From positions 1 through 34,975 of the forward strand of contig CAVFOF010000002.1 in NCBI GenBank assembly GCA_963623895.1: 34,975 nucleotides of DNA. The letters run 5' to 3'. How positions within the stretch are numbered: position 1 is the stretch's first letter; every line of letters begins with the position of its first letter. The notes under the pieces were generated by a model. The model made no database searches, was not told where the DNA came from, and saw only the letters and a list, made by a program, of their open reading frames with translations. The DNA is from a bacterium. GTDB taxonomy: Bacteria > Bacteroidota > Bacteroidia > Bacteroidales > Bacteroidaceae. Positions 18,434-27,514 of this stretch are shown here, piece by piece. A program made the position numbers and the translations under genes.

Positions 18434-18595
18434 TCAGCATTTACCATTCTTTCCATAGGCCGCCGCATAAGCTAATGAGCGGGCAAAGGATTCGTTAGCC
18501 AACGACGCATCGTAAACACGAGCGAAAGTGGTAAGATAAAGAAGCGTTTCGGCCTTGGGTCGTTTGGTTTGTGAAGTAGAATGGGGCATAGGCAT
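18434..18595 (-). CDS. Small protein (51-53 aa) downstream of the ECF sigma factor
   Basis: MPMPHSTSQTKRPKAETLLYLTTFARVYDASL...; AT-rich start context; bounded by an ECF-like promoter and a terminator. The P..ET...L..FARVY motif resembles, from memory, small ORFs found after this sigma type in Bacteroidetes. Confidence 0.55.
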   Translation of the reverse strand: MPMPHSTSQTKRPKAETLLYLTTFARVYDASLANESFARSLAYAAAYGKNGKC

Positions 18596-18703
18596 TGTGA
18601 ATAATAACAAAGTTGGTAAACTCAACCATTAATCCCCACACATTCATAGGTGCGTGTGATTGTAGTGATTGACTTTAGGGTGAAATTGTCCCCCCCTTTA
18701 CCT

Positions 18704-18732
18704 TAATAACGTAACACAAGGCCTTTTATTGT
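18704..18732 (-). promoter_or_regulatory. Candidate ECF-sigma promoter (ACAAT-N16-CGTTAT)
   Basis: Minus strand reads acaat-aaaaggccttgtgtta-cgttatta, just after the sigma stop; a CGT(T) -10 is typical of ECF promoters. Confidence 0.45.
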
Positions 18733-18740
18733 AAACCCGC

Positions 18741-19316
18741 CTAATACATTTTCTGTTGTGCGGCCATTTTGCGCAAATTTAGCACAGCGTAGTGCATGCG
18801 ACCCAAGGCAGTATTGATACTGATATGCAATTTATCAGCAATTTCCTTAAAACTCAGGTTTTGATAAAGGCGCATAACGACCATGTCGCGCTGGTCGGAG
18901 GGCAACTGCTGCATTAATTGTTGGACTTGAACTAGTTGTTGTTCGTAATCCTGTTCCGAACCTTGCTCATACCATTGCTCCACATCGGCCCATTGACCCT
19001 CCTCACCATCCTTATAGACCCACTGCGCATTGCTCGCTGTGCGAAAGTAGTCGATGGTCTGATTGTGAGCGATGCGAGTGAGCCAAGCGTAAAAGCGACC
19101 ATCTCCCGTGTAGCGACCTTGGCGAATATACATCACGACCTTGACAAACGTTTCTTGAAACAAATCGTCGGCAAGTTCCTCTCGTTTGGCCAGAAAAAGT
19201 AAGTAAGAGTAAATCCTATCTTTGTAACGCAACAAAAGCTCGTCAAAAGCTTCGTTTTGACCAGCATAGAAAAGTTTTACCAACTCATCGTCGGCAATGG
19301 GCTTATAGTTCATCAT
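18741..19316 (-). CDS. ECF-family RNA polymerase sigma factor
   Basis: Region 2 ADDLFQETFVKV, FYAWLTRIAHN..IDYFR; region 4 LSFKEIA...ISINTALGRMHYA. Confidence 0.92.
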   Translation of the reverse strand: MMNYKPIADDELVKLFYAGQNEAFDELLLRYKDRIYSYLLFLAKREELADDLFQETFVKVVMYIRQGRYTGDGRFYAWLTRIAHNQTIDYFRTASNAQWVYKDGEEGQWADVEQWYEQGSEQDYEQQLVQVQQLMQQLPSDQRDMVVMRLYQNLSFKEIADKLHISINTALGRMHYAVLNLRKMAAQQKMY

Positions 19317-19477
19317 TACTTATTTCATTTTGAATAGAAGTAATGCTGTTTCGATAGGCTATACGTTTTTATGATTTCAGCAGCAAATATAAAGGTTTTC
19401 GACGGGAGAGCAAAGCACTTTGCACAATATTTTGTAATTTCGCACGTTTTCATTCTCAAAGTCCTCCTCTAAAAGAA

Positions 19478-20434
19478 ATGTCGTCAAACGCTCCCCTACC
19501 CCCCTACCTTCCCTACGCTAGCTTTTTAAAGAAGCACTTCGCTCACCGAATGCAAAAACTTCCCGTGGATGCGGGATGCGGATGTCCCGTACGCGATGGG
19601 AGAAAAGGACGAGGAGGGTGCGCTTTTTGCAACGCAGTGAGTTTTGCCCCTCCTTGCAGCAAAACCTCAACCGACATTCGGACACAACTTGAAGCAGGGA
19701 AAGCTTTCTTCGCACGCAAGAACAAACAAACGAAAGAGATAGGCTTTCTCGCCTATTTTCAAAGCGGCACAAACACCTATCCACTAGTGGAGCAGATGAA
19801 GCCGCTCATTGAGGGGGCACTAAGCGTGGAGGGGATAGAGGGAATCGTTCTTTCTACACGCCCCGACTGCCTGACGGCGGAATGGCTCAGCTACCTAAGC
19901 GCACTCAAGCAACGCACCTTTGTAATGGTGGAACTCGGCGTAGAGTCTGTAAACAACGAGGTGCTTAGAAATATGCATCGAGGACACAATTATCAAGAAT
20001 CAGAACGGGCAGTAAGGCTGCTTCAGGCAATCGGCATCCCCATCTGCGCCCACCTAATCATTGGGTTACCAGGAGAAAAAGACGATGCACCCATCCGCCA
20101 AGCCGAATGCATGAACAAGCTCGGCGTGGACGTAGTGAAACTACACCAACTGCAAATACTGAAAGGCTCGCAACTAGCCACCCTCTACGAGCAACACCCC
20201 GAACAATTCACCCCGCTTACACTAGAGGATTATGCGAGGAAAGCAGCAAGCTTTATCCACACCCTCCGCCCCGACATTTGCATCGAACGATTCGTTTCGC
20301 AATCGCCATCACACCAACTGATAGCACCTAAATGGGGAGTAAAGAACGAGCAAGTGACTCAATGCATTCTGAAAGAACTTGAAAACCTCTCCCAAAGAAG
20401 CCAAGCCGAACAAAAGAGCTTGTACGTTCAATAA
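19478..20434 (+). CDS. TIGR01212/YhcC-family radical SAM protein
   Basis: CPVRDG..GRGGCAFC, AYFQSGTNTY, STRPDC, ELGVES, HLIIGLPGE, KLHQL. Confidence 0.88.
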   Translation: MSSNAPLPPYLPYASFLKKHFAHRMQKLPVDAGCGCPVRDGRKGRGGCAFCNAVSFAPPCSKTSTDIRTQLEAGKAFFARKNKQTKEIGFLAYFQSGTNTYPLVEQMKPLIEGALSVEGIEGIVLSTRPDCLTAEWLSYLSALKQRTFVMVELGVESVNNEVLRNMHRGHNYQESERAVRLLQAIGIPICAHLIIGLPGEKDDAPIRQAECMNKLGVDVVKLHQLQILKGSQLATLYEQHPEQFTPLTLEDYARKAASFIHTLRPDICIERFVSQSPSHQLIAPKWGVKNEQVTQCILKELENLSQRSQAEQKSLYVQ

Positions 20435-20534
20435 AAAAAGCGGAACTTGCAGCAAACACTATTTTTTTACTAACTTTGCACATGTGGCAACGCCCCAAAA
20501 CGGAACAATGCCAACAACGCAACCCCTTTATAGA

Positions 20535-21191
20535 ATGACCATCTCCAACTTTTTCAAAAAAATATTTAGCCGCTTGATAGTGGGCAATTGTTTGGGTGTC
20601 GTACTAGCCACCTTCTTGTTTGGAGTAGGCGCACTCGTCTTCATCCACCTCTACACCCGACATGGAAAAGAGGTGGAAGTGCCCGACATTTGCGGCATCG
20701 ACCAAAGCGTGGCTCAAAAGAAGCTAGAAGCTTTAGGCTTAAAAATGGAAGTAAACGATACGGGCTACGTATACAACGCAGCCGCATTCTCCGTGCTGCA
20801 ACAAAACATCAAGCCAGGAGAAAAGGTGAAGCCAGGACGTATCATTCTCGTCACAATCAACGCTGACGGCCCTCGACAGATCGCGCTACCCGACATTGCC
20901 GACAACTGTTCACGACGAGAGGCTGAAGATAAACTACGCATTCTAGGCTTTAAACTCGGCGCTACTGAATACATGGTGGGCGACCCCGACTGGGTGTACG
21001 AGGTAAAAGTGAACGGCAAAGTGATTACTGCTGGCACCAAAGTACCCGTTAACATGCCCATCACCCTAGTAGTGGGTTCGGGAGGAGTAGTCGACGAATA
21101 TAACGGCAACGATAGCCTAGACTACCTCATCAATGCTCCCAAAGAAGAAGAGGAGCATACCGACGAATTAACAGAAGACAGCGGAGAATAA
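20535..21191 (+). CDS. PASTA-domain membrane protein
   Basis: N-terminal TM, YTRHG..VEVPD, two PASTA-like repeats. Start moved to MTISNFF, downstream of the TAACTTTG box at 20471-20478. Confidence 0.82.
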   Translation: MTISNFFKKIFSRLIVGNCLGVVLATFLFGVGALVFIHLYTRHGKEVEVPDICGIDQSVAQKKLEALGLKMEVNDTGYVYNAAAFSVLQQNIKPGEKVKPGRIILVTINADGPRQIALPDIADNCSRREAEDKLRILGFKLGATEYMVGDPDWVYEVKVNGKVITAGTKVPVNMPITLVVGSGGVVDEYNGNDSLDYLINAPKEEEEHTDELTEDSGE

Positions 21192-21205
21192 CAAACAAGA
21201 AAGAT

Positions 21206-22363
21206 TTGGAAAACAAACAACAACCATACAATAGCAATGAGGCGGATTTAAATCCTAGCGATGACCGCTTTGACGAAATGCTAAACGCCAATACAAGTGC
21301 GCAGCCCGAACAAAACTGTTGTTTTGACGACGACAGTCTGGAGGACGAAGAGGGGGGCGAAGAGGCTGCCGCTCTCTACGAGCACTACCGCGTAGTGGCC
21401 GACAAAGGGCAACAACTATTGAGAGTGGACAAGTTCTTGCTCGACCACCTTAAAGACACCTCGCGCAACCGCATACAGGCCGCCGCCAAAGCAGGATTTA
21501 TCCACGTCAACGACCAACCCGTAAAAAGCAACTACCGCGTGAAGCCGTTCGACGTTGTCACGCTACTGCTCGACCGTCCACGCTACGAAAACAAAATCGA
21601 AGCCGAAAACATCCCGCTCGAAATCGTTTACGAAGATAGCGAACTTCTCGTGGTGAACAAGCCAGCTGGCCTAGTGGTGCATCCTGGCTGCGGCAACTAC
21701 ACGGGCACGTTGGTCAACGCCATTGCCTGGCACCTGAAAGACGACCCCAAATACGACCCCAACGACCCCTCAGTAGGATTGGTACACCGCATCGACAAAG
21801 ACACCTCGGGCTTGCTCGTTGTGGCGAAAACGCCCGATGCGAAAACAAAACTGGGATTGCAATTCTTCAACAAAACCACCCGCCGACGCTACAATGCCTT
21901 GGTGTGGGGCAATTTCCAAGAGGACGAAGGCCGCATCGAGGGGAACATAGCCCGCAACCCTCGCGACCGCATGCAGATGGCCGTGTTCGACCCGCAATCA
22001 GGCATCGGCAAGCATGCCGTCACGCACTACAAGGTGTTGAAACGATACGGCTACGTCACGCTAGTAGAATGCATTTTGGAAACTGGCCGCACGCACCAAA
22101 TCCGTGTTCACATGAAGCACATCGGCCATCCGCTCTTCAACGATGAACGCTACGGCGGTGAACAAATCCTGCGAGGCACGCAGAGCAGCACCTACAACAG
22201 CTTTATCCGCAACTGCTTCGCCGTATGTCCCCGACAAGTGCTACATGCCCGCACCCTCGGATTTCAACATCCAAAGACGGGAAAAGAAATGGACTTTACC
22301 ACCGAACTTCCCGACGACATCGTGGCACTACTAGCCAAATGGGATAAGATGATAAAAAATTAA
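21206..22363 (+). CDS. rluD: RluA/RluD-family pseudouridine synthase
   Basis: S4 domain (RVDKFL), VVNKPAGLVVHP, HRIDKDTSG, ETGRTHQIRVH; start uncertain (TTG). Confidence 0.9.
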   Translation: MENKQQPYNSNEADLNPSDDRFDEMLNANTSAQPEQNCCFDDDSLEDEEGGEEAAALYEHYRVVADKGQQLLRVDKFLLDHLKDTSRNRIQAAAKAGFIHVNDQPVKSNYRVKPFDVVTLLLDRPRYENKIEAENIPLEIVYEDSELLVVNKPAGLVVHPGCGNYTGTLVNAIAWHLKDDPKYDPNDPSVGLVHRIDKDTSGLLVVAKTPDAKTKLGLQFFNKTTRRRYNALVWGNFQEDEGRIEGNIARNPRDRMQMAVFDPQSGIGKHAVTHYKVLKRYGYVTLVECILETGRTHQIRVHMKHIGHPLFNDERYGGEQILRGTQSSTYNSFIRNCFAVCPRQVLHARTLGFQHPKTGKEMDFTTELPDDIVALLAKWDKMIKN

Positions 22364-22400
22364 TTGGGTTTAACACAAAGAAAAATGCTACTCACTAAGC

Positions 22401-22462
22401 TATAGCTAGAAGCGAGAGGCTTTAATATAAATATAGCTAGAAGCGAGAGGCGTTAATATAAA
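22401..22462. repeat. 31-bp direct tandem duplication
   Basis: tatagctagaagcgagaggc(t/g)ttaatataaa occurs twice. Confidence 0.85.
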
Positions 22463-22517
22463 AGAACTACAAAGAAAGGACTTCCAACCATCGGGAGTTC
22501 ACACTTATATCAGAATA

Positions 22518-23516
22518 ATGAAACGTACAATAGCCATTGTAGCCGGAGGCGACTCCTCCGAGCACGACGTATCTCTGCGCTCAGCAGAAGGCATTCTGTC
22601 CTTCATGGACAATGAAAAATACAACTGCTACGTTGTAGAAATGAAACAAGACGACTGGAAAGTGGCCTACAACGACGAGTTCTACCCCATCAATCGTGAC
22701 GATTTCTCGTTTACCGCCCCCGACGGCCACCACACATTCGATTTTGCCTACATTACCATACATGGCACTCCAGGCGAAAACGGCATTCTGCAAGGCTACT
22801 TCGACCTTATCGGCATACCCTACTCCACAAGCGACGTATTGGTGGAAGCTATGACTTTCAATAAGTTTGCGCTCAACAACTTTCTCCGCTCTTTCCCCGA
22901 AATCAACGTTTCCGACTCGGTGCTCGTGCGCAAGGGAGACACGCTCACAGCCGAGCAAGAGCAAGCCCTAGCCGAACGCATGGGCATCCCTTGCTTCGTT
23001 AAGCCCAACGCTGGCGGCTCTAGCTTCGGCATAACCAAGGTGAAGCAACCTGATGCCTTGCGTGCGGCCATTGATAAGGCCATGATGGAAAGCGACGAGG
23101 TGATGATAGAAAAGATGATGACTGGCACGGAAATCACTTGCGGCTGCTTCAAACGTCAAAATGGCGAAGTCTACACCTTCCCCATCACCGAAGTAGTCAC
23201 CACGCAAGAGTTTTTCGACTACGACGCAAAATACAATGGCAAGGTGAGCGAAATCACCCCCGCACGCATCGCCCCTAAAACCGCTCAACGCGTAAGCGAA
23301 ATGACGCAACATATCTATAAGGTGCTAGGCTGCTACGGCATCATCCGCATCGACTACATTCTCTCGGGCGAGAAGGGCAACGAGCAAATCAATCTGCTCG
23401 AAATCAACACCACTCCTGGCATGACCGCCACGAGTTTCATCCCGCAGCAAGTGGCAGCCTCAGGCTTGGCTATCAAAGACGTGTTGAGCGAAATTATCGA
23501 AGGCAAATTGGCTTAA
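22518..23516 (+). CDS. ddl: D-alanine--D-alanine ligase
   Basis: GGDSSEHDVSL, HGTPGENG, VKPNAGGSSFG, FFDYDAKY, EINTTPGMT. Confidence 0.95.
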   Translation: MKRTIAIVAGGDSSEHDVSLRSAEGILSFMDNEKYNCYVVEMKQDDWKVAYNDEFYPINRDDFSFTAPDGHHTFDFAYITIHGTPGENGILQGYFDLIGIPYSTSDVLVEAMTFNKFALNNFLRSFPEINVSDSVLVRKGDTLTAEQEQALAERMGIPCFVKPNAGGSSFGITKVKQPDALRAAIDKAMMESDEVMIEKMMTGTEITCGCFKRQNGEVYTFPITEVVTTQEFFDYDAKYNGKVSEITPARIAPKTAQRVSEMTQHIYKVLGCYGIIRIDYILSGEKGNEQINLLEINTTPGMTATSFIPQQVAASGLAIKDVLSEIIEGKLA

Positions 23517-23650
23517 GCAGAGCGATAAGTCCCTTTGGCTCATTTGATATAATCGATTGATCTAATCAATGCCACGCCTTGCGTATGCTTTTTCCTATTT
23601 TCGGAAGCATCAGAGCAACGCTTGCTCTCAACTATTAAATTCTTCGCATT

Positions 23651-24805
23651 ATGAACATCCACGATTTTGACGCCATACGTCCCTTGCTGCCCGAGGAAAT
23701 TCCCGCAGCAATCGACGAACTCTTTGCCGACGAGCAATTTTGCCACATTGTGCAAGGATTCTTTAAGGACATTCCCTTAGAGGCACTGCGAGCAAAGGCC
23801 AAACAATGCCCCAACAATTTGGAGTTTCAAAAACAACTGCTCTACCCGCTCATCAAGCAGTTGGCTAGTCGTTGCGCCCAATCGCTCACCATGGATGCCG
23901 ACGCCATCGCTCCAGAACAACGCACACAAGCCTACACCTTCGTGTCGAATCATCGTGACATCGTGCTCGACTCTGCCTTTCTCGACGTACTGCTCATCGA
24001 CAACCAATTTGGCAACACTATCGAGATAGCCATTGGCGACAACCTGCTCATCTATCCCTGGATAAAGACGCTCGTAAGGCTCAACAAATCGTTTGTTGTG
24101 CAACGCTCGCTAGGCATGCGCGAAATGTTGCTGTCGAGCAAGCGCATGAGCGAATATATGCACTTCGCAGTCGGCGAAAAGCACGAGGGCATTTGGATTG
24201 CTCAACGCGAAGGACGAGCCAAGGATTCGAACGACCGCACGCAGGAATCCATCCTTAAGATGATGGCAATGGGCGGCGAGGGTACGCCACTCGAACGCCT
24301 AAAAGCCCTCCACATTGTGCCGTTAAGCATTTCCTACGAATACGACCCTTGCGACTATCTGAAGGCAAAAGAGTTTCAGCAGAAGCGCGATGATGCCGAG
24401 TTTAAAAAGAGCCGTCAGGACGACTTGACGAACATGCAGACTGGCATTTTCGGCCAGAAAGGAAGAGTGGTTTATCGCCTTGGTGCACCCATCAACACGT
24501 GGATTGACGAATGCGCCGAATTGCCCAAGGGAGAATTCTACAAGGCCATTGCGCAACGAATGGATAAAAGCATTCACAGCGGCTACGAAATCTTTGCCAA
24601 CAACTACGTGGCACTCGACCTGCTGAACGGGAACACTGAGCAGAGCGAGCACTACACCGAGGCTGAGAAGCAAACCTTCGAAACCTATCTGCAACAACGC
24701 TTAGCCCTTATCGATTTACCGAATAAGGACGAAGCCTACTTGCGTGAACGCCTACTCACCATGTATGCCAACCCGCTCATCAACCATTTAGCAGCCATCC
24801 GTTGA
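23651..24805 (+). CDS. Glycerol-phosphate/lysophospholipid acyltransferase (PlsB/PlsC superfamily)
   Basis: HX4D motif SNHRDIVLD, IGDNL, WIAQREGRAKD, ISYEYDPCD. Confidence 0.85.
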   Translation: MNIHDFDAIRPLLPEEIPAAIDELFADEQFCHIVQGFFKDIPLEALRAKAKQCPNNLEFQKQLLYPLIKQLASRCAQSLTMDADAIAPEQRTQAYTFVSNHRDIVLDSAFLDVLLIDNQFGNTIEIAIGDNLLIYPWIKTLVRLNKSFVVQRSLGMREMLLSSKRMSEYMHFAVGEKHEGIWIAQREGRAKDSNDRTQESILKMMAMGGEGTPLERLKALHIVPLSISYEYDPCDYLKAKEFQQKRDDAEFKKSRQDDLTNMQTGIFGQKGRVVYRLGAPINTWIDECAELPKGEFYKAIAQRMDKSIHSGYEIFANNYVALDLLNGNTEQSEHYTEAEKQTFETYLQQRLALIDLPNKDEAYLRERLLTMYANPLINHLAAIR

Positions 24806-24816
24806 AAGTTCCTCCT

Positions 24817-25437
24817 ATGAGCAAAATTCTCCCCCTACTGCTCCCAGTGCTACTCTTGTCGGCTTGTTCCGACGATGAAACGCCACAGCCAGCCTACCAG
24901 TTTGCTCTGGCCGACTTGCCCACCAACGCAAGCGGACAAGCTACGCAACTCTTGCTCGACAATGGGAGCAGTCCCAGCCTAGCTCAGCCCATCTGCGGGT
25001 TAAAGGGTGACACCACTTACCGCATTCAGGCACTCTACGTACTCAATGGCTCACAAGCGGTGCTAAAGGATTATGCTCAGATTCTCTCGGTTCAGCCTAT
25101 GACGACTCGTCCCAAGCAACCCAAGACCGACGCACTGAGCGTAGTGGCTTGTTGGAAAGCAAAGAATTACATCAACTTGCAACTCAACCTCAAGGGATCG
25201 GCCTCTGGCATTCACTATTTGGGAGCCTACGTAAAGGACACACTTGTCAATGCCAATGCGACCAGCACCCTACAAATTCAGATGCTGCACGACCAAAACA
25301 ACGACCCGCTCTACTTTAACCGAAATAGCTACCTATCCGTGTCGCTAGGCAGCGACACATCAACCCCCACTTACGACTCTGTGCGTATTTCCATCAACAC
25401 ATTCGACGGAGAGAAGAGCTACACTTTTGCACGATAA
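24817..25437 (+). CDS. Lipoprotein, NigD-like
   Basis: Lipobox LLLSA-C followed by acidic SDDE. C-terminal YINL...H...LHDQ pattern resembles NigD-like proteins. Confidence 0.6.
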   Translation: MSKILPLLLPVLLLSACSDDETPQPAYQFALADLPTNASGQATQLLLDNGSSPSLAQPICGLKGDTTYRIQALYVLNGSQAVLKDYAQILSVQPMTTRPKQPKTDALSVVACWKAKNYINLQLNLKGSASGIHYLGAYVKDTLVNANATSTLQIQMLHDQNNDPLYFNRNSYLSVSLGSDTSTPTYDSVRISINTFDGEKSYTFAR

Positions 25438-25508
25438 CGCACACCTATTATATAATAAGGTGCGGTCATCAACAACCATAGCCTCTCTCTGTCCAACTAG
25501 ACTAGACC

Positions 25509-26435
25509 ATGATTTCTTTTCATCCGCTAACGCTTTCTGATAAAGAACTCATACAAAGCCACCTCTACGAATCGGACTATCGCAACTGCGACTACTGCTT
25601 CATGAACCTCGTCAGTTGGCGTTTCCTCTATCAAACCGAAGTGGCCGACTACAACAACCACCTCCTCATTCGCTTCAAGGCAAATGGGCACAATGCCTAC
25701 CTTCCGCCCGTAGGAAAAGGAAACTATTGCGAAGCGGTTCAAGCACTCATTGACGACGCTCAGCAAATAGGCGTTCCCTTTCTCATGCTAGGCGTGTGCG
25801 AAAAAGCCTTTGCCATGCTTGATGAAGCACTGCCGAACTACTTCTACGCTCAAGCCGACCGCAACTATTCCGACTACCTCTACTCACGACAGTCGCTCGC
25901 CACTCTAGCTGGAAAAAAATTGCAATCGAAGCGCAATTTCGTCAATCGCTTCATCAAGGAGCACCCCGACTACCGCTTCGAGTCGCTCATGCCGCAACAT
26001 TTCGACGACTGCCTCAAGCTCTACGAGCAATGGGGAAACAATAAAGAGAAGCCCAAAGCGAATAACGAATTATACAACGACGAGACCGAGACGCGCTCCA
26101 TCCACAACGTGTTTCAACACTGGGAACAACTGGGCGGACTTGGCGGGGTGCTCTACGTAGACAACCAATTGGTAGCCTTCACCTATGGTGCCCCTATCAA
26201 CCACAACACTTTCGACGTATGCACCGAAAAAGCCGACACTCGCTTCCCTGGTGCTTTTGCCATTATAAACCGAGAGTTTATTAGGCAACTGCCCGAACAA
26301 TTCACGCTCATCAATCGTGAAGAAGATTTAGGCATTGACGGACTGCGACAAGCCAAGCTCTCCTACCATCCCGAAGAAATCTTACACAAATATACCCTTA
26401 TGACCAAGCATCCTCTTGGTTCATCGCAAATCTAA
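25509..26435 (+). CDS. Stand-alone DUF2156 / aminoacyl-PG synthase C-terminal-like protein
   Basis: DYLY, LAGKKLQSKRN, EKAD, INREEDLGIDGLRQAKLSYHP; no TM/flippase domain. Confidence 0.85.
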   Translation: MISFHPLTLSDKELIQSHLYESDYRNCDYCFMNLVSWRFLYQTEVADYNNHLLIRFKANGHNAYLPPVGKGNYCEAVQALIDDAQQIGVPFLMLGVCEKAFAMLDEALPNYFYAQADRNYSDYLYSRQSLATLAGKKLQSKRNFVNRFIKEHPDYRFESLMPQHFDDCLKLYEQWGNNKEKPKANNELYNDETETRSIHNVFQHWEQLGGLGGVLYVDNQLVAFTYGAPINHNTFDVCTEKADTRFPGAFAIINREFIRQLPEQFTLINREEDLGIDGLRQAKLSYHPEEILHKYTLMTKHPLGSSQI

Positions 26436-26450
26436 AGAAACCTAATAAGT

Positions 26451-27494
26451 ATGCTTCTGACACCCGAAGAAAAAAAAGAACAAACGCGCTCACTTTGGCG
26501 CACCTGTTTTCAAGACTCCGAGGAGTTTATGGACATCTATTTTGCCGATAAATACACCGACGACAATAATCTCTGTATCTGCTACAACAGCAAGGTAGTT
26601 TCGGCCATGCAACTACTGCCCTACCGCTTCACCTTCTACGGTTCGGTGCTCCACGCTGGCTACATTTCGGGCCTAGCCACCCTCCCCAACTTCCGCTGCC
26701 GTGGCTATGCCTCCAACCTCATCCACGAAGCCCACCGCCGCCTCTACAAACAAGGAGCAGCCCTGAGTTTCCTCATCCCGGGCGACGATGAAGTAAGAAA
26801 ATATTACGAAAAGCCCCAACACGGTGCTTTCTGGACCGCAGTCTACCGACAGAACCTCCCACTCGACGTGACCAACGACGGAGATTTCAGCAAAATCGAG
26901 GTGACACGCCCCGACGAATGGCCTAACGAACTCTACGTGTTCTACCACCGTCTTACCTCCGAACTCCCCTTCATGATTCACCCCTCCGAGAACGACTTCT
27001 TCGCCGCTCTCGAAACAGCCGACTTGCAAGACGGCTACGTGCTTGTAGCTCGCCGCAAGCGTCGCATCGTGGGCTTCTGCTTGGCCGTGAAAGAGGACGA
27101 TGGCAACGTCTACATCCGCACCCTCGCCATCACCGAGACTGCCACTCGTGCCGCCTTCGTCGACTACCTATGCAGAGAATGCAACGTCGACAAGGTGTAT
27201 CGCCGCTTCTGCCTACCTGGCTCGCTCAAGGGTTCCATGCCCTATGCCATGGCTCGCGTGATCAACGTGCCCCGTTTCCTCTCGACCATCGCCACACCAA
27301 ACCCTGGTTTCCAACTACACATCGGCGTTGACGGCGACCTCGATATCCCCGAAAACAACGGATGGTACCAAGTTGAAAACGGCCAAGTGCGCCTCACCGA
27401 CCAAAAGCCCGACAGCATCGTCACCCCTGGCGGACTAGCAGCCATGTTTATGGCCGCCCAACCCATGGTGCTCGACATGATGCTCGACGAATAA
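26451..27494 (+). CDS. GNAT acetyltransferase, Eis-like with SCP2-like C-terminus
   Basis: LWRTCFQDS, acetyl-CoA motif ATLPNFRCRGYAS, MARVINV, D.DIPENNG.Y. Confidence 0.8.
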   Translation: MLLTPEEKKEQTRSLWRTCFQDSEEFMDIYFADKYTDDNNLCICYNSKVVSAMQLLPYRFTFYGSVLHAGYISGLATLPNFRCRGYASNLIHEAHRRLYKQGAALSFLIPGDDEVRKYYEKPQHGAFWTAVYRQNLPLDVTNDGDFSKIEVTRPDEWPNELYVFYHRLTSELPFMIHPSENDFFAALETADLQDGYVLVARRKRRIVGFCLAVKEDDGNVYIRTLAITETATRAAFVDYLCRECNVDKVYRRFCLPGSLKGSMPYAMARVINVPRFLSTIATPNPGFQLHIGVDGDLDIPENNGWYQVENGQVRLTDQKPDSIVTPGGLAAMFMAAQPMVLDMMLDE

Positions 27495-27514
27495 CCGTCC
27501 TCTTATTCCTTTCT

